From: Anthoceros angustus
Taxonomy: Eukaryota > Plantae > Anthocerotophyta
DNA: 64,000 bases
NCBI GenBank assembly: GCA_010909165.1
Contig: MU008227.1
Coordinates: 1-64,000 of the forward strand
Direction: 5' to 3'
Positions 46,001-59,900 of this stretch are shown here, piece by piece. The translations under genes and the position numbers were made by a program. Positions within the stretch are counted from its first letter, which is position 1. Every line of letters begins with the position of its first letter. Under the pieces are notes generated by a model, which saw only the letters and a list, made by a program, of their open reading frames with translations, did not search any database and had not been told where the DNA came from.

Positions 46001-49000
46001 CTAACTCACTCATGCTTTCCTCCGGCTCAGTCTGGCAAGCTCGCTACATGTTAAAGGTAAATGTAGGAGCCTATGTGAGCGTGTCTGCCGAGAAAGCAAG
46101 AGGTACGTTTAATAATGAAACGCTACTTCAAAACCCTAAATACCGGAAAACTCACATGAACGAAACTAACAAGTGCCTTCGACCTAGGTGGTGGCGTGGG
46201 AGGCACGAAGAGATCAGGTCAAGCGGCAGATTAGTCCAACCAAGCAAGCAAGGCGTGCGTGGCAACCACCCCAATGCACCTTGATCGGGCGCCGATTGGT
46301 GGCGGGCTGCAGACTTGCACGCCTCCCGCCTTGATTGATTCCGCCGTTTGATTGCATCCTTTGCCTCCGTGAGCTGCACCAGATTCTCTCGTAGGCACAA
46401 GTGTCTCCAAATCTCACGCTAATGGTGAACGAGATTGGGGTTGGGCGATGTTGGTTAGGTTAGGCGGATCATTCGCCACCATAAGCACTTCCCTCGAACA
46501 AATTCAATGTCGGAAGAGATTTCCACCAAGAACGGTGAAGTGTTGATGACAAATCGCAACAACACCGATTCTAGCACTTCCCGTATGATGATTCGTCGGT
46601 TGAACATGGATTGGTGGAGAGATAAGGGGTTCCTCTCTAATTCTCTCCACGCCTCTTGCGGAGGTGGACGCTCCACGTCTCCACCGCTTTCTTCCTTGCG
46701 CGTGCTAGGATTCGCTCCCTATGAGCTTGTACTCGCCTCATAGGAATTAGGATTGGCCAAAACTTGCTCGATATTAAATGCACGCTTGCCCTCAGCCCGT
46801 CTCATCCGCAATCCAACCTTGATCGATCGTTATGACTGTAAGATGTATCGATCCTAGATGACCTAGAAAGAGCGGTGTGTCTTGGATTTCTATCCCATCG
46901 CCTACCATTCCTTCTAGTCATTTTCTAAGGAGAATAGCTAGAATTCATCTAGCTACAATGGTGATTTCTAGATCAAGTATTCACAGCAACAACTCAACCT
47001 AGATACCATTAGACTCAACAACATTAGTGTAGCGGAAGACTCAAGCATCATAGTGCTCTGATACCATGTTCACTTTATATCATGCATTCAGCTAAGACAC
47101 TTAGGCTAGAAAGCATAACACACAAGAGAGTATGTATTAATGAACAGAGAATATCTTAAATACAAAATTGATGTGTCTCTTGAGTTACGTATCTAACCTC
47201 TAGTATAGAAACTAAGGTATAAACTATGTTAGGGTTTCATTCCTAACAGATGTTCTCATAGAGGAACTTTGCCCTTTGTGCTTTGATCCGTCCTTGTTGT
47301 GCCTCCACCCACAGTCTGCATGGTCCGTTGCCACGGGATGTACCTCTTGTGTGTGTTTGTGGAGGCGTATAGGACCAGCGATGTCGATGCCCCATTTCTC
47401 AAAAGGGTGCTGCGAGTATGGGCAGCGCCATTAGCCGTGGGGTCGGCCTTCGATCCGTGACAAGCATCACATCTCTTCACAAACTGGTGCGTTTCCCCAT
47501 ACATGGTGGGCCACCAGTATCCGGCCTCCAGGATTTTCTTGGTGGTGACTTGTGCTGCATAATGTCCACCACCCAAGCCTTCATGCAACCCTTTTATGAC
47601 CACCTCCGTTTCCGCCTGTTGAAGGTACCTACGCTCCGCGCCGTCTGGTCCCACCTTGAAGATACATCCGTTGTACATCCTGAAGGGACAAGCGTAGTGT
47701 ACAAAGGCTTGTTGTTGGGCACGGGTTAACCCGCTTGGAATCTCCATCTCCACGGTACCCGTTCCAGGTGGGCCGTCCTCTCGTCGCTCCTTCTTACCTT
47801 TACCTGATTCGCTGTCCACAAATTTGGGGTTCCTCAGACTGCGCTCCTCCTCCTGTGTCTCCACTGCGGCCACCAATTCCTCGTCAGGAAAGTCATCCTC
47901 CACGATCCCTTGTCGGCTCCGTCTTCAACCTGGACAAGAAGTCAGCATTTTGGTGTTGCCTCCCTTGCAGTCTCCACCTCAAGGTGAACTCTTGGAGTAG
48001 TGAGATCACCTCGCACTTAATTTGCCGGACAGTGCCTTATTCACGGATGTTTGGTAGCCGCCAAGTGATGGGCCTAGAGCCTAAACTGCTGGTTGGAAGG
48101 AGAACGTGCTGGTTTCAACCGCGACGTACCATTCCCAATGCCTCTCGCTCCGTAGTAGTGTACCTCCATTTCCATGCGTGAGCTGTCTTCCGGCATAGTA
48201 GATTGGATGATCCCTCCGCTTGTCGTCCTTTTGGCTGAGCACTACTCAGTGGCGGTAGAGCGCATCTGCATGGACACTTTACCTGGGCCGGTCGGACCCT
48301 TTTGTCTGAATACACATCGGAATTGGGTGGTCAGAGATCCTACGAATGCAGCGTCCCTTTACGGTGTCCAGTCCACTTATCTCTCATTAAATTAACTCCG
48401 TTAGCTTACGCTTGGCCTTTCGCAATCTTTGGATGAGCTGGCCTTAATAACTCCATCATGCCATGCGGGAATCCGCGGTTCAGCCCTTCCGGATTACAAC
48501 CAGGCGTTTGTGAGGCCAATGACCACTGACACTTGTCTTGGTAAAAAGCCCTCTGTCACTTCATGGCAAACCGCTGTTGACCGATAGGGATTACTCCACG
48601 AGTCGTTTGGTAGCATTTCTCGGATGTAGACGGATGGGTTTCCCTTCTGACTCAACACTGGCAGGTGCCAGCGTGCTTGTCTTCCTCCATGTACGCAAAA
48701 GTCGCCCGTACCCATGAAGTCCTCTAAAAATCCTCAAGACGCGTTGGTCACCATCCGCATGAATGATCCGGTGCCCGCCATCCCAAAGGCGTCATTAGCG
48801 AGCCCCACTCCGTGGTGAACGCTAGTCTTATCCCAGTCCGACTCCCTTAGGTGCAGTTGGTTGTAGCCGGAGTATCCATCCAAGAAGGAGTAAGTACCGT
48901 CTCACCTTGTCCAAAAGAGTGTCGTCCACTTAAGGGCATGGGGAAAAATTTTCTCAGAGCTGTGAGTTTCCTCCAACTCGGCGTAGACACGGACCCGTCG

Positions 49001-51781
49001 CTTTCTTGGGCACCACGACGATGCAATTATTACGCATTGGAAGATGATGTCCGCCTCCAAATATTTGTCCAGGACCTCCTTGACCTTGAGCGAGTATTTA
49101 GGATTCAGCTGACATCACGAATCCGAATAGGCACCGCCCTCGGCTTCAGTCTATCCTGTTCCTCCCCATCGCCGAATGCCTTTCATATCCGTGACCTTGA
49201 AAGCAAACACCTCGATGAATTCCCCCAACAACAATGTGAGGTCTCGCTTCAACTCCGCTAGCATATCCTTAAGTGAATTTTAGGAATCCTGCCTGCGGAC
49301 CTCCACGCTCTTCCACATCACGCGTGATTGACTGCCTCCCTTTCCCTCGCCACAGCTCGGCCGCCATCCTCCATCCGGGTTCATCCTCACGCATCCCCAC
49401 TCGAAAGCTCGTCCGAGGTAAACCGGGTCACTTCGGGGTCCGCCACCTCACTGCTCGCTGGGTCTCCTCCCTGCCCTCGCCTCCACTGCTAGCGGCCTCA
49501 CTCGAACAATTGACCACCCGCCTCCAAAAGTGTCCCTCCCAGAGTCCATCTCTTCTTCGGACCACGGATTTTTGGAAAGGTCATCATTGATCCTCGCGCT
49601 CAGTCCCCACTGTGGTTGGAGGTGCACCTCCGTGGTGCTTACGCTTTCCGCAGAGGTGTCCTACTCCGTGATCGCTACTCACCTCCCTTACCTTCGGATC
49701 CTACCAATCGGGTTTGAAATGGATCTCCTTCCTTCCGGCAGCCATCCGGGCGAACCCTGGACGCCCAACAGCATCAGACTCATTACCGTCCGCTTGATGA
49801 CCACGAAGTCCAATGTAGGTGCCCCTTATGTTGGACTGACACCCCTACCGGCTGTCCGTCCATCCCGAGGGTTTTGGTGATGGCTCAAATGCTGTGAACC
49901 CTAACCGCCGGTGGGCTCCGTGATGAGGTTGACTCAACTGCGTCCTAGAGAAGTACGCTTAATCACGCATCCAGCGATTTCTACCTGAACCACCGGCGCT
50001 CCAGGGTCCGTATGAGATACCACTCTTACCTCCACGTTCTTGGTCTTACAACCCGAGGCGTTTTGGCGTGGCTGTGTCTCCTTGATGGCCCTCCGGACTT
50101 CTTGCCGATACTTCGGATTGTCTCTTAACAACTGTCTGAGCGACACCAGGTGCTGTTGGTCCATTATCAAGTCTGCCACCTTAAAGGGCGCGGGCGGCCC
50201 CTCCGTTGGGTCGCGTGTCCGTCGTGATTCTTCTAGCGCTCCGCCACCGCCCCGTGGTGGCCGGACCACCTCCGGGTCCTGTCGAATCTCCTCCTGAAGC
50301 ATCTCCGTCACTTCTCGAACCACATCCGGTGGAAACTGGGGTGTTGCCTTGGGTGGGTCCGCTTCCTCTACTATCGCTTCAGGAGATTTCTTGTCGGGTG
50401 ATTCCTCTGACAGAGCTGCCCGATTCAACTCGCCTTCCTTGGCTGGCTCTCCCTCTTTCGCGAGAGTCCCGTCCTCCGTATCCGTGGTGCTCTCTCCATT
50501 CTTCTTCCTCTTTAACTGCCTTCTCTCCTTTCGCTCCTTCCGGCGGCTTCGGGTTGACACCTCCAGTACCTCCAGGGCCGCCTTCTCCTCCTTAGCCGAT
50601 CCCGCTTCGTACCACTCCGTCCCAAGTTCCCTTGGCGCCTCCTCCCACTCCGCCAGCTGTGCATCTTCAATCTGTAGCACCGGCGCGGTCTTAGGGTGAG
50701 GGGGCGTAGGTGGTCGTGGCTCCCCCGCCGGGGTGGCGTAGCACACCGTCCTTGAGCGAGGGTTCGGACACAAGTCGCCGCCATGTGCCTGCACAGCATA
50801 ATCTCCCTTGCAGGCGTTCAAAATCCCGTTACCTTGCGGTGGGGTATGGGCGCAGCGTTGGAGTAGTGCCCAGGTTCCCCGATTCAGACCATGGCCGGAG
50901 AATTCCCGGAGGTGCTCCCATGCGGTGCTGCATCGGGGGGCGATGCATGGATGGTCCGGCCGCCGTAGGGTACATCGTCTTGGATATCGCGGCCCCGGCG
51001 GTGCTTCCTGCACTTGGTACGCGTCCTCCCACTGCTCCTCGGACTCTTCCCCGTAGTCGTACTCCACTTGGTTTCAGATTGGAGGGCGATTAATGAATGC
51101 CCATCTTTGGTGGCACACCGCACACCATAGATGGGTCCGAACCGTGGTGGCCGCCTTCCGCCGTTCTCTATCCTTCACCTGGTTGATCGTCAATTCTTCC
51201 ACCCTCTTCATTACCCGCTCCAGATCTTCCCTCAACCCCGCTACTTCTTTCAAAGGGGTTGGATCAGGCGGAACCTCTCGCGCCGGGGCGGGCATCACGA
51301 CCTCCTTCTTCTCGACCCTCCGCTTAACTACGGGCTTTTTCTTCTTATTCCTTTGGCGAGGTTCCTCCTCCTCCATAGCATCCTCGGATTCTTCTTCGGA
51401 GGCCTCCTCCTCTTCCTCCGAAGTTACCTCAGTTTCATCGTCCTCCTCTTCCGAGGGCTCTTCATCCTCGGATTCCGACCCCCGTTTCTTTTCTTCACCG
51501 GAGGCGTCCACTCGTTTGGTGCATCGATTCCTCGTAGTTCTCCTTGCTCGGACCGCCTTACCACGCCCTTCTATGCCAGGCGTGTTTAGCCATTGGCTTG
51601 GGCAGTGACCAACCAAGCACCCATGCATGGTGGTGTGGGTGGGGTCGATCGACGTGAGGCACGATTCGTCTTCCAACCTCTCCGTCTTGCCTGCATTCTC
51701 GAGCTTAGACAGACGTAGCCTTCTTGGTCAATCCCACGGAACCTTTCCAAGAAGGCATCCTCAATGCTCGGTCGCAGGGAG
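40080..51781 (-). mobile_element. Gypsy G gag-pol (non-chromovirus), interrupted by Copia E
   Basis: gag with HLWCAVCHQ; protease ~50000; RT (YSLKVKEVLDKYLEADII, LAFTTEWG); RNase H (YTTTEREALGMV, ADFLSRL); integrase (GGGHYAAQVTTKKILEAGYWWP, KFLYENI|IT, ANGLTEKTNG, GPY). Domain order RT-RH-INT; no chromodomain. Confidence 0.9.
40603..47248 (-). mobile_element. Full-length Ty1/Copia element E with ~180-bp LTRs and a 5-bp TSD
   Basis: LTRs 40603-40778 and 47067-47248; TSD GATGT at 40598-40602 and 47249-47253; PBS TGGTATCAGAGC 47066-47055; PPT 40779-40791; CNWCGIPGHWERDC, LWHARLGH, QQNGVAERKNQTL and SSIEAEY motifs. Confidence 0.97.
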
Positions 51782-54700
51782 TGTGGCTACGGACTTCCCT
51801 TGGGGGTTAGGAAATAAGTTGGGTTTTGTTTTTTTCGTAGGTCCGAAGTGTAAAATAAGGCGGAAAAGGAGGAATAAGCACGGGCCGGCGCTCGGATGTA
51901 CTCCGGAGTGTACTCCTCGGAGTAGGTGCGGACCCGGTACCACCCGAGCCACGGACCACACGGTATCGGGATAGGGAGTCCAAACCCACTCCGGGTCAAA
52001 AGCAGGATAAATACGCCTTGATAACTTAGAAGTTGAGTCGTGAGTCAGACGGCGCCACGTGGGCCACAGATGGAAGCGGGCATCACCCGAGCCGGGCAGT
52101 AGCCTTGGAGGCCGTTATAGCGGTATTCACGCCCAGCGTCTTGCGCAGTAATAAGGCGGAGTAGGCGGGCGCAAGGTGAGTAAGCCATGCGAGACCTCGC
52201 GCGATTCACGGGGAAGGCACCCTCATGGCGGTTACTCCCAGCAGCGGCCGGCGAGGAGGTCATTTCTGCAATCGACCTCGAGACAATTCTCGCGGTCTCT
52301 TGCGCTCACGCACCGCCCTCTGGCGCTATCTCTCCGAGCAGCTCGGGCACCTTGGCAGCTCACCTTGGGGTTGGAGGCGTGAGCAGCCGTGAGGCGCATC
52401 GTGCCAGCCGGCGATCTCGGACAATCGTCTACAGCGGAGTAAGAAGAAGAAGGCGATGGGACCCAAGAAGGCTGCGGAGGTATGGGCGCCATGGAACTGG
52501 TGGGCGCAACATTGTGCTATCCGGACTTTGGGCCGTGGGTGGAGGAGGCGGGGGGATTGGTCGAAGAGTGGCACCTAGGCGTGTTCAGTGTATGCGGACA
52601 TTTGGATGTCACCCTAGTCAGGAGTTCGCCGGAAGATGTTGGCGGCCAACAAGGAGGTTCGATCCAAGAACCTCGGAGGATCCTGAGGTGGACCTTAGTC
52701 GAGCGGCTTACACGCCCGGCGAGATTGGGCGTAGTCAGGGAACCTCAAGGCGGGGGAAAGATAGAGGCGGCGGGCGGCGTGAAGCCGGCGCGTAACAACC
52801 AAGCGGTGGTTGATGTCGACTGCTGGACGGGAGGTGAGGCGGTAGCCGGATCATTATCCACGGAACACACTCACCAGGTGGATCGCACAGTGACAATTTA
52901 TTAGTGTTCTGCATGCGCTGCGGCGAGGAAAGAAGGGCTGGGAAGGATCATCTTAGCGTTCGGAAGGCCTGGTGAGGTGCGAGAAGCCACCTCCATCGGG
53001 ACTATCCCCATGTCGATCCATGTGGGGACACTCGACCTCAGAAGGATGGGGAAGCGGGCGCTCGGGAAGGGCGGCCCTCAGAGCGGAGGCGGGCAAGGCG
53101 CCCGAGGTGAGCCCGACCCCTAGGGCCAAAGCAGGTCAGGAGGAGACGGCAGGAGGATTCGGACTCCATACGTGGGCGGACCCCTCACCTAGGGAAGTGT
53201 GGGAAGATATCCCCGCTTCCTCCTCTTGGTGCCCCACCGAGCACCAAGGCAGCAGAGTCCCGAGCGGAGCGGCCCCGACAAATTTCACCACCACCCACGA
53301 CGGCAAATGAGCCCCGACGACTCCGGGGCCAAGAGGCGGAAGACGGTGCCACCCGCCAACGCAACACTCTGGACGGCACTGCGCCGCCCACGGAGTGGCA
53401 AGAGGTCAAGAGGCGTGAGAAGGGCGAAGAGACGCCAAGGAGCAGGAGGTCACCGGGCAGAACCCCACCTGAGCCGGTCCTGCCGCCGACCGGGAGAGGG
53501 CCGCCTCGAACCCTCACCCTCCGAGCCCTGTGACGAAGAGGGCGAATAAGGAATTGGCGGCCAAGAGGGCCAAGGAGGTGAGGCTCCTGACTCAGACTCA
53601 GACCTAAGGGACCCGATTAGGTCCGAGAGCCCAGCCCCGACTGGCCTCCCGGATCATGGAGGTCCTGGCGACTGCGTGAGATGCCCGCCCCACAACGGAC
53701 TTTTGGGGCCTCACTAATGGCGCCGTGGAAGAGACACTTGTTCCGGCCACATGGACTATGCTCGGGGTCTCTGGACGGCCGAGAAGACCCAGGTGGAAGC
53801 CCAAGGAGGCGATGGTGCTCCTCCAGTGAGCTGGAGGCGCCCAGAGGCGAGGAGGAAGGCGTGCCCGGCCGCATCGAAGAGGGAAGCCGGAGGCCGAAGA
53901 GAAGTCCGTCCATTCGACAGATCGGATAAGTTTCTTCACCGGGTGAGCAAACAAGGTGCACAGAGGCCCAAGCCGGCCGAGGATCTCCGCCAACGAAGGA
54001 GGGAGGCGCAGCAGAGGCGAGAGGGCTCGCGACTGGCCGAGGCGGCCCGGCGCCCAACAGATCGGGCGAGGCTCACCAAGACGGGAGGCGGAAGCCACAA
54101 AGATCGACCGCGATCACTATCGGCGTGATCGAACCGGGAGGAGGAGGCCGGGTAGCCGCTGCCAACTCAAGGCCGAAAGCAGTGTAGCTGAGCAAGCCGA
54201 GCCGTGAGGAGGCATCGGAGGTCAAGACCCCGAAATGGGACCTCGTGGTGCACCGCAGGAGGCAGAGGGAGGCGGGTGAGAGAGGACAAAGAAGCGACAC
54301 CTTGAGTTGCAACCCAAGACGACGGAGCAGCAGGGGTTCTCAACGAGAGAATCCAAGACTTCGAAAGCGAGAGATAGAACGCTTCCAGCCTCCGAAGACG
54401 GAGGAGAATAGGCGGCAAGGAGTTCGACGTCAAGGCCGCAGCAGGAGATGGCGTAAGTCGAGTCGAACGGGATACCGCCTCGGAGCAGCGACCGGAAAGA
54501 GTAGACGGAGAGGAAAGCACGGGAGGAGAAGCAATGGTCCGTCCGGCCAGGAAGTGAGGGGAGCTCACCTCCATGGCCCGCAACCGAAGTGAGCCGAACA
54601 ACGACGTGGAGGTGGAGAACGCCGAGCGCAGCCGAAGGCCGCAGAGGTAACGGAGGCGCCCGGGACGGCTCAAGGGAGTCCGCCCGCCATACCGGTGCTT

Positions 54701-56930
54701 GGCCACTGAGACGGGCCACAGAAAGGACGACATGCCCACCGCCAGAGCACCTATCGAGGAGGGAGCGGTCGTGCCCGGCTCATGTGGAAGAGGCGACCGC
54801 TGAAGTCGATTCGACCGCCTCCCCTACCACGCAGAGCTCCTCAAGGCTCTAGAGGTCCCGCCACCCCAGGTGGAGGGTGGACCCTGCATGGCCTGAAGGA
54901 GGTGCAAGGGAGGACGGACTGGGACAACAAGTACCACCTGGAGCCCTAGGAGCGCCTGCTTGATTTACTCAGCAGAAGCAATGTAGGGAGAGCAACGGAC
55001 GGGAGCCGGAGGAGGAAGGGTCACACCGGGAGGTAAGCACCAAGACCCCTCATGGAAGGAAGGAGGCTGATCTTGGGAGGCTGCGGAAAGGTCGCGAACC
55101 GGCATTCGGGAACCAAGGAGGGCTGGATGAGCCTGATCACCGGCCGATCACACTGGGACCGCCGTAGCCGTGAGCAGCGTGAGAGGCGACCGCTCAACGC
55201 GGAGAACTCCAAACGGCAAGAAGCACCAGAGACTGGTCGGATCGTGAGGGAGGAAGTAGCACCAAGTCGCGGCGGTGGGAGCGGTTCTCAACCCTTGCCG
55301 GTCGCGATGGCAACAACGCCGACCAAGCAAGCGATTCTCTTGGAGGTAAGAAGGAGAGAGACGCCGAAACCTTCGTGGAGGATGTCTCGCAAACTTCAAC
55401 GAGAAGGTTCGATGCGAGCCTTATCCAAATTGCTCCAAGGGGTCCTACGGGGACAGCCGCCGCTGGTACCGAGGAAGCACGCCGCCCCAACGCCTCCCGC
55501 AACCTTCAAGCATTGAAGGATGCCTTCTAGAAAGATTCCGTGAATTGATCAAGAAGGCTATGTCCCTTGTCCAAACTCGAGAACCAAGGCAAGACGGAGA
55601 AGTTGGGATCGAGCATCGAACGGTTCTACGGACCAAGACCCACCCACACCACCATGCGGCGTTGGTTCGCATGGCTTATCCAAGCCAATGGCTAACGTAC
55701 GGCCGCTGGCGTAGAAGGATGTGAGCAAGGCGGTCCGAGCGGAGAACTACGAAGAATCGATGCACCAACGACGGCCGAGGACGCCCAGGAAAGAAGAAAA
55801 AGAAGAACGGGGTCGGATCAAGATGAAGAACCCTCGAAGAGGAGGATGATGAGACCGAGGTAGCATCGGAGGAAGAGGAAGAGGACTCAAGAAGAATCCG
55901 AGGATGGAAGAAGAGAAGAACCTCAAGAATAAGAAGAAAAGCCCGTCAAGTCGTGAGGGTGGAGAAGAAGGAGGTTATGATGCCCGCACGGTGCGAGAGG
56001 TTCCCGCCTCGACCCAGCCTCCTTTGAAAGAAGTAGCGGTTGAGGGAAGATCCGAACGGGTAATGAAGAGGGTGGAGGAGTTGACGATCAACCGTGAAGG
56101 ATAAAGAACGGCGGAAGGCGGCCACCACGTCCGGACTCATCCTATGGTGTGCGTGTGTCACCAACATGGGCATTCAAGGCTAACCGCCTCCGCACTGCGT
56201 GGAACTGTGGAGTATGACTCACGGGAAGAGTCCGAGGAGCAAGTGGAGGACATACCAAGTGCAAGAAGCACCACCGCCGGTATCCCAAGACGATGTACCC
56301 ACGGCAACTGGCCATCCGTGCATCGACTGCAAAGACCGCATGGGAGCCCCTCCAGAATTCTGGCGGCGGTGGTCCTGAACTGGGAACCCCGCACTACTCC
56401 AACGCTGTCCATACCCCACCCCAAAGGCAACGGGACTTTGAACTGCGGTGGAGATTGTAAGCGTGGCACATGGCGTGCAAGACCAGTGTCCGAATCCTCG
56501 CTCGAGGACGGCGCCACGCCACCCCCTGGGGAGCCGCGACACCACGCCCTCCCTAAGGCCGCGCACAGATTGAAGACGACACCGGGCGAGGAAGAGGCCA
56601 AGGAACTTGAACGGAGTGGTACGGGAGTCTGCTAAGGAGGAGAAGGCGACCGGAGGTACTGAAGTGTCAACCCGTCACCGAAAGGAGCGAAAGGAGAGGA
56701 GACAAGAAGAGGAAGAAAATGGGGACACCCAACGGATACGGAGGACGGACACCATGAAGGAGGAAGATCCAATTTAAGGAAGGCGAAGAATTGGGTACCG
56801 AGGAAGTACCAACCAAACCCCAAACGTTAGGAAGAAACGGATCACCCAAGGCAACACCCCGCCCACCGGATGTGGTTCGAGAAGTGGCGGAGATGCTTCA
56901 GAAGAGATCCGACAGACCCGAGGTGGTCCT
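51782..56930 (+). mobile_element. Gypsy J (same family as G), 5' part: spacer, ORF X, internal deletion, gag
   Basis: Starts TGTGGCTAC, aligning with the G repeat start at 40035; ORF X from ATG 52456; jumps at ~55140 into the gag leader; gag 55307-56930 (MATTPTKQA, VRTH.WCAVC). Confidence 0.8.
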
Positions 56931-59900
56931 GGCGCTTCTCTCCTCGATGCCCCCACCCAGCAAATGCACAGAAGAGGCGGCCAGGACGGAGTTGGCGGCT
57001 CCGGCCCACTCCGCGGCCGCCACCAATCCATAACAACAACAACGGCCGAGTCTCCGACTAACGGAATCAAGAGGCGGAAGACTACCATCAGCCAACGCAG
57101 ACCCAGACGGCGCCTGCGGCTCTTGCCTCTACCAACGGAGTGGCAAGAAGCGGAGGAGGCAAGTGACGGGGCCAGTGACACGCCTCATGAGCTGGAGGCC
57201 ACGGCAGCAACCCACCCGAGCTCGTTCTGCCTCCGAACGGAGAGGCAAAGGGCTGCCCCGAACCCTTCATCACCTCCGAGCCGGAGGAAAAGGGCGGAGA
57301 AGGAGTTAGCTGCCAAGAGGGCCAAGGAAGAGAGGCTCGGACTCAAAGACTAGACCTAAGGGTCCCGATTAGTCCGGAGAGCTCGGCCCCACCGCCTCCG
57401 GATCGCAGATATGTCCCTTAACGGATCGGAGATGCCCATGCCCACGGACTGGCATCTCCCGCCAGTAGTCAGTGAGGAAAACGCTGCTGGGTTTTAGCTA
57501 CCGTCATGGACTGATGCTTTGGGGTCTTATGACTACCGAGAAGACCCAGGAGGTGGAGGCCACAAGAAGGCGATGGTGCCCTCCAGAGCAGTGGAGGCAC
57601 CTGATGCTAAGAAGAAGGCGGAATCCTCGCTCGAATCGAGGAGGAAAACGCCTGGAGGCGGAGCGAGAGGTCCTGACGGTCCAAAGAAGACCGACTAAGA
57701 TCCTTCACCGCAATACCTGAAGGCATGCAGGAGGCCCAAGCACGGCTGAAGACCTCTCGCAAACGGGAGGCGGCTGAAGGAGGCGGAGGAGGGTCGAGGG
57801 CGCGGAGAACGCCCGCGACCGCCGAGGCGGCCAGACCAACACCAAGCCGGCGAGGCTCGTGTGAAGGCGGCGCGGAGGCGGAAGCCAGCCAAGGTCGATC
57901 GGGATCACTACCGACGCGATGGAACCGTGGAGGGAGACGGGCGGGTGCTGCCTAACAAGGCCGTGTGGCAGTGGCCGGGCAAAGCGAGCCGCGAGGAAGA
58001 GATGGAGGCCAGACCCCGAAAATAGGGGACCTCCGTGCACTGCAGAAGTGAGGAGCTGCAGAGCCGGAAGAACACCGAGCCGCAACTCCAAGACGCGCTT
58101 GAGCAACACGGATTCTCAACGGAGAATCCAAGACTTCGAGCAGAGATAGAGCGCCCGCCTCAAGACGGAGAATAGGCGCGATCCAAGGAGTTGGACGCCG
58201 CCAGTCAAGAAGGAGCCGGAGAAAGCCGTGAGTCGGGCGAGATATCGCCCGCCCGGAGAAGGAAGTGGCGGACCTCCGGGTAAGGATGAACGGAGGGACG
58301 AGAGCGCTGGAGGAGGAGCAGAGGCTGCTTGTCCGATTGCGGGAGGCAGAGGGGGAGCTCAGCTCCATGGCCAGCAAATTGGTGGAGCTGCAACCGCGAA
58401 GGGAGGAGGAGCACGCCGAAAGCAAAGAAGGCCGCAGGAGGTGTTTGAGGCCGCCTTGGCGGCATCAAGGGAGTCCGCCCGCCAAGGGCTTGGCAAGCGT
58501 GGCGACGGAGACCTCAAGCAGGACAACACGCCACCGCCGAGCACCTTTGGAGGAGGGAGTACCGGTGCCCGAGCCCATGGAGGAGGCAATCCAAATGTTG
58601 ACTCGACTTTGCCTACTACCACGCCGAGCTTCTCAAGGCAATGGAGGTGTCGCGCCACCCACGGTGTGGACGGATTTCGATGGGTCAAGGAGCGAGGGAG
58701 GAGGGCCCCGAGATAGCACAAGACGAGGACCTTAGGAGCTACTGCTTGACGACAACAAAGAAAGGGGCCAAGTAGGGGGAGCATGGAGGAGCAAGACGAG
58801 GGAAGGTCAGCTGCCTGAGGTAAGCACTGACCTCACCAAGGAGGGGAGGAGGGCCCCGGGGGCCGAGAAGAGGCGGCTCCGCAACCGAGAACCATGGAGG
58901 ACCTGGGGTGGAACCATTGAGAAGTCCAAATGGGGGAAACCCAGCTGCGAGTCCTGACTTTGTCCGACTGAAGAAAGGCCGGACCCCGAGGTCCGCCTTG
59001 AAGAAAGTCCGACCGTGAGGTCCAGTTTAGTGACGGACGGACCCCGAGGTCCGGACCAGGGAAGGTGCCCAAGACGGACCCAGGCGAGTCCAGACTCGAG
59101 GTCCAGACTTAAAGAAGACCGATCGAGGTCCCACCGGAGAGAAGACCTGACCCAGAGGTCCAAACTCCCGGAGTCGAGACTAGACCTCAAGTTCTGCACT
59201 GTGGAGCTGGAGGGGCTACCAACCACAGAACTATCTCTTGAGGGCCCACAACTGTGGCCCGCCACGAGATAAGAGAGGAGGGGAGGAGGATTTAGTGGTG
59301 ATCGCCGCTGTCGCCGCCGCCAGTAGGCGCAATGACAGTAGTCTCGGGAGAGGTATAGGGCCCGCGGATCATCCGATTGCGCCGCATGTCGCTAGGGCTT
59401 GGCCGCCAAAGGCGAATGGGCAACCCTGCACTCCACCACCATGTAGATAGGTGGAATAAGGGAAATAGTAGGGACATAGCGCACTGCCGCCATCGTAATA
59501 GGGTGTAATAAAGACGCCGACCTTCGCGTAGTAAAAGAGGGCTAAGCCTAAGCAAAGTATCTTCTTGGTGTTGATGCCGCGATCTTCTGCAGCCCTTGTG
59601 TGCCTTCATGTGAGTCCCGAGTCAAAGCAGCCCGGCACCGGAGATCGATCAAGGTCCCGTGACGACCCTAACGTGTGGTGGTGTGTGTGCAGGAAGGGCG
59701 ACCGGACCCTGCTCATCTCGAAGACTCAAACGGACGGACCGGAACGCGGAGCCGTGAGGAACTTTGAGGGCGCGAGCCTTGACGGAGAGACCCGGCAGAG
59801 ACCTGGAGGAGGTCCTGACCACAAGCAACCACCCGCAATTTTCCAAGGATAATGAGGAAGTGTGAATGGTGAGAGGAACGACCGTAGGGACGAGTGACAA

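Noticed and set aside
47900-48450. Assignment of Gypsy G to Tat/Ogre/Retand
   Set aside because: No additional archaeal-type RNase H domain is visible between RT, RNase H and integrase, so the lineage was left as non-chromovirus.
52046-52057. tRNA-Lys-type PBS (TGGCGCCGTCTG on the minus strand)
   Set aside because: The homologous site near 39755 reads TGGCGCCGCCAC, the orientation is opposite to ORF X, and the family's real PBS is at 60123.
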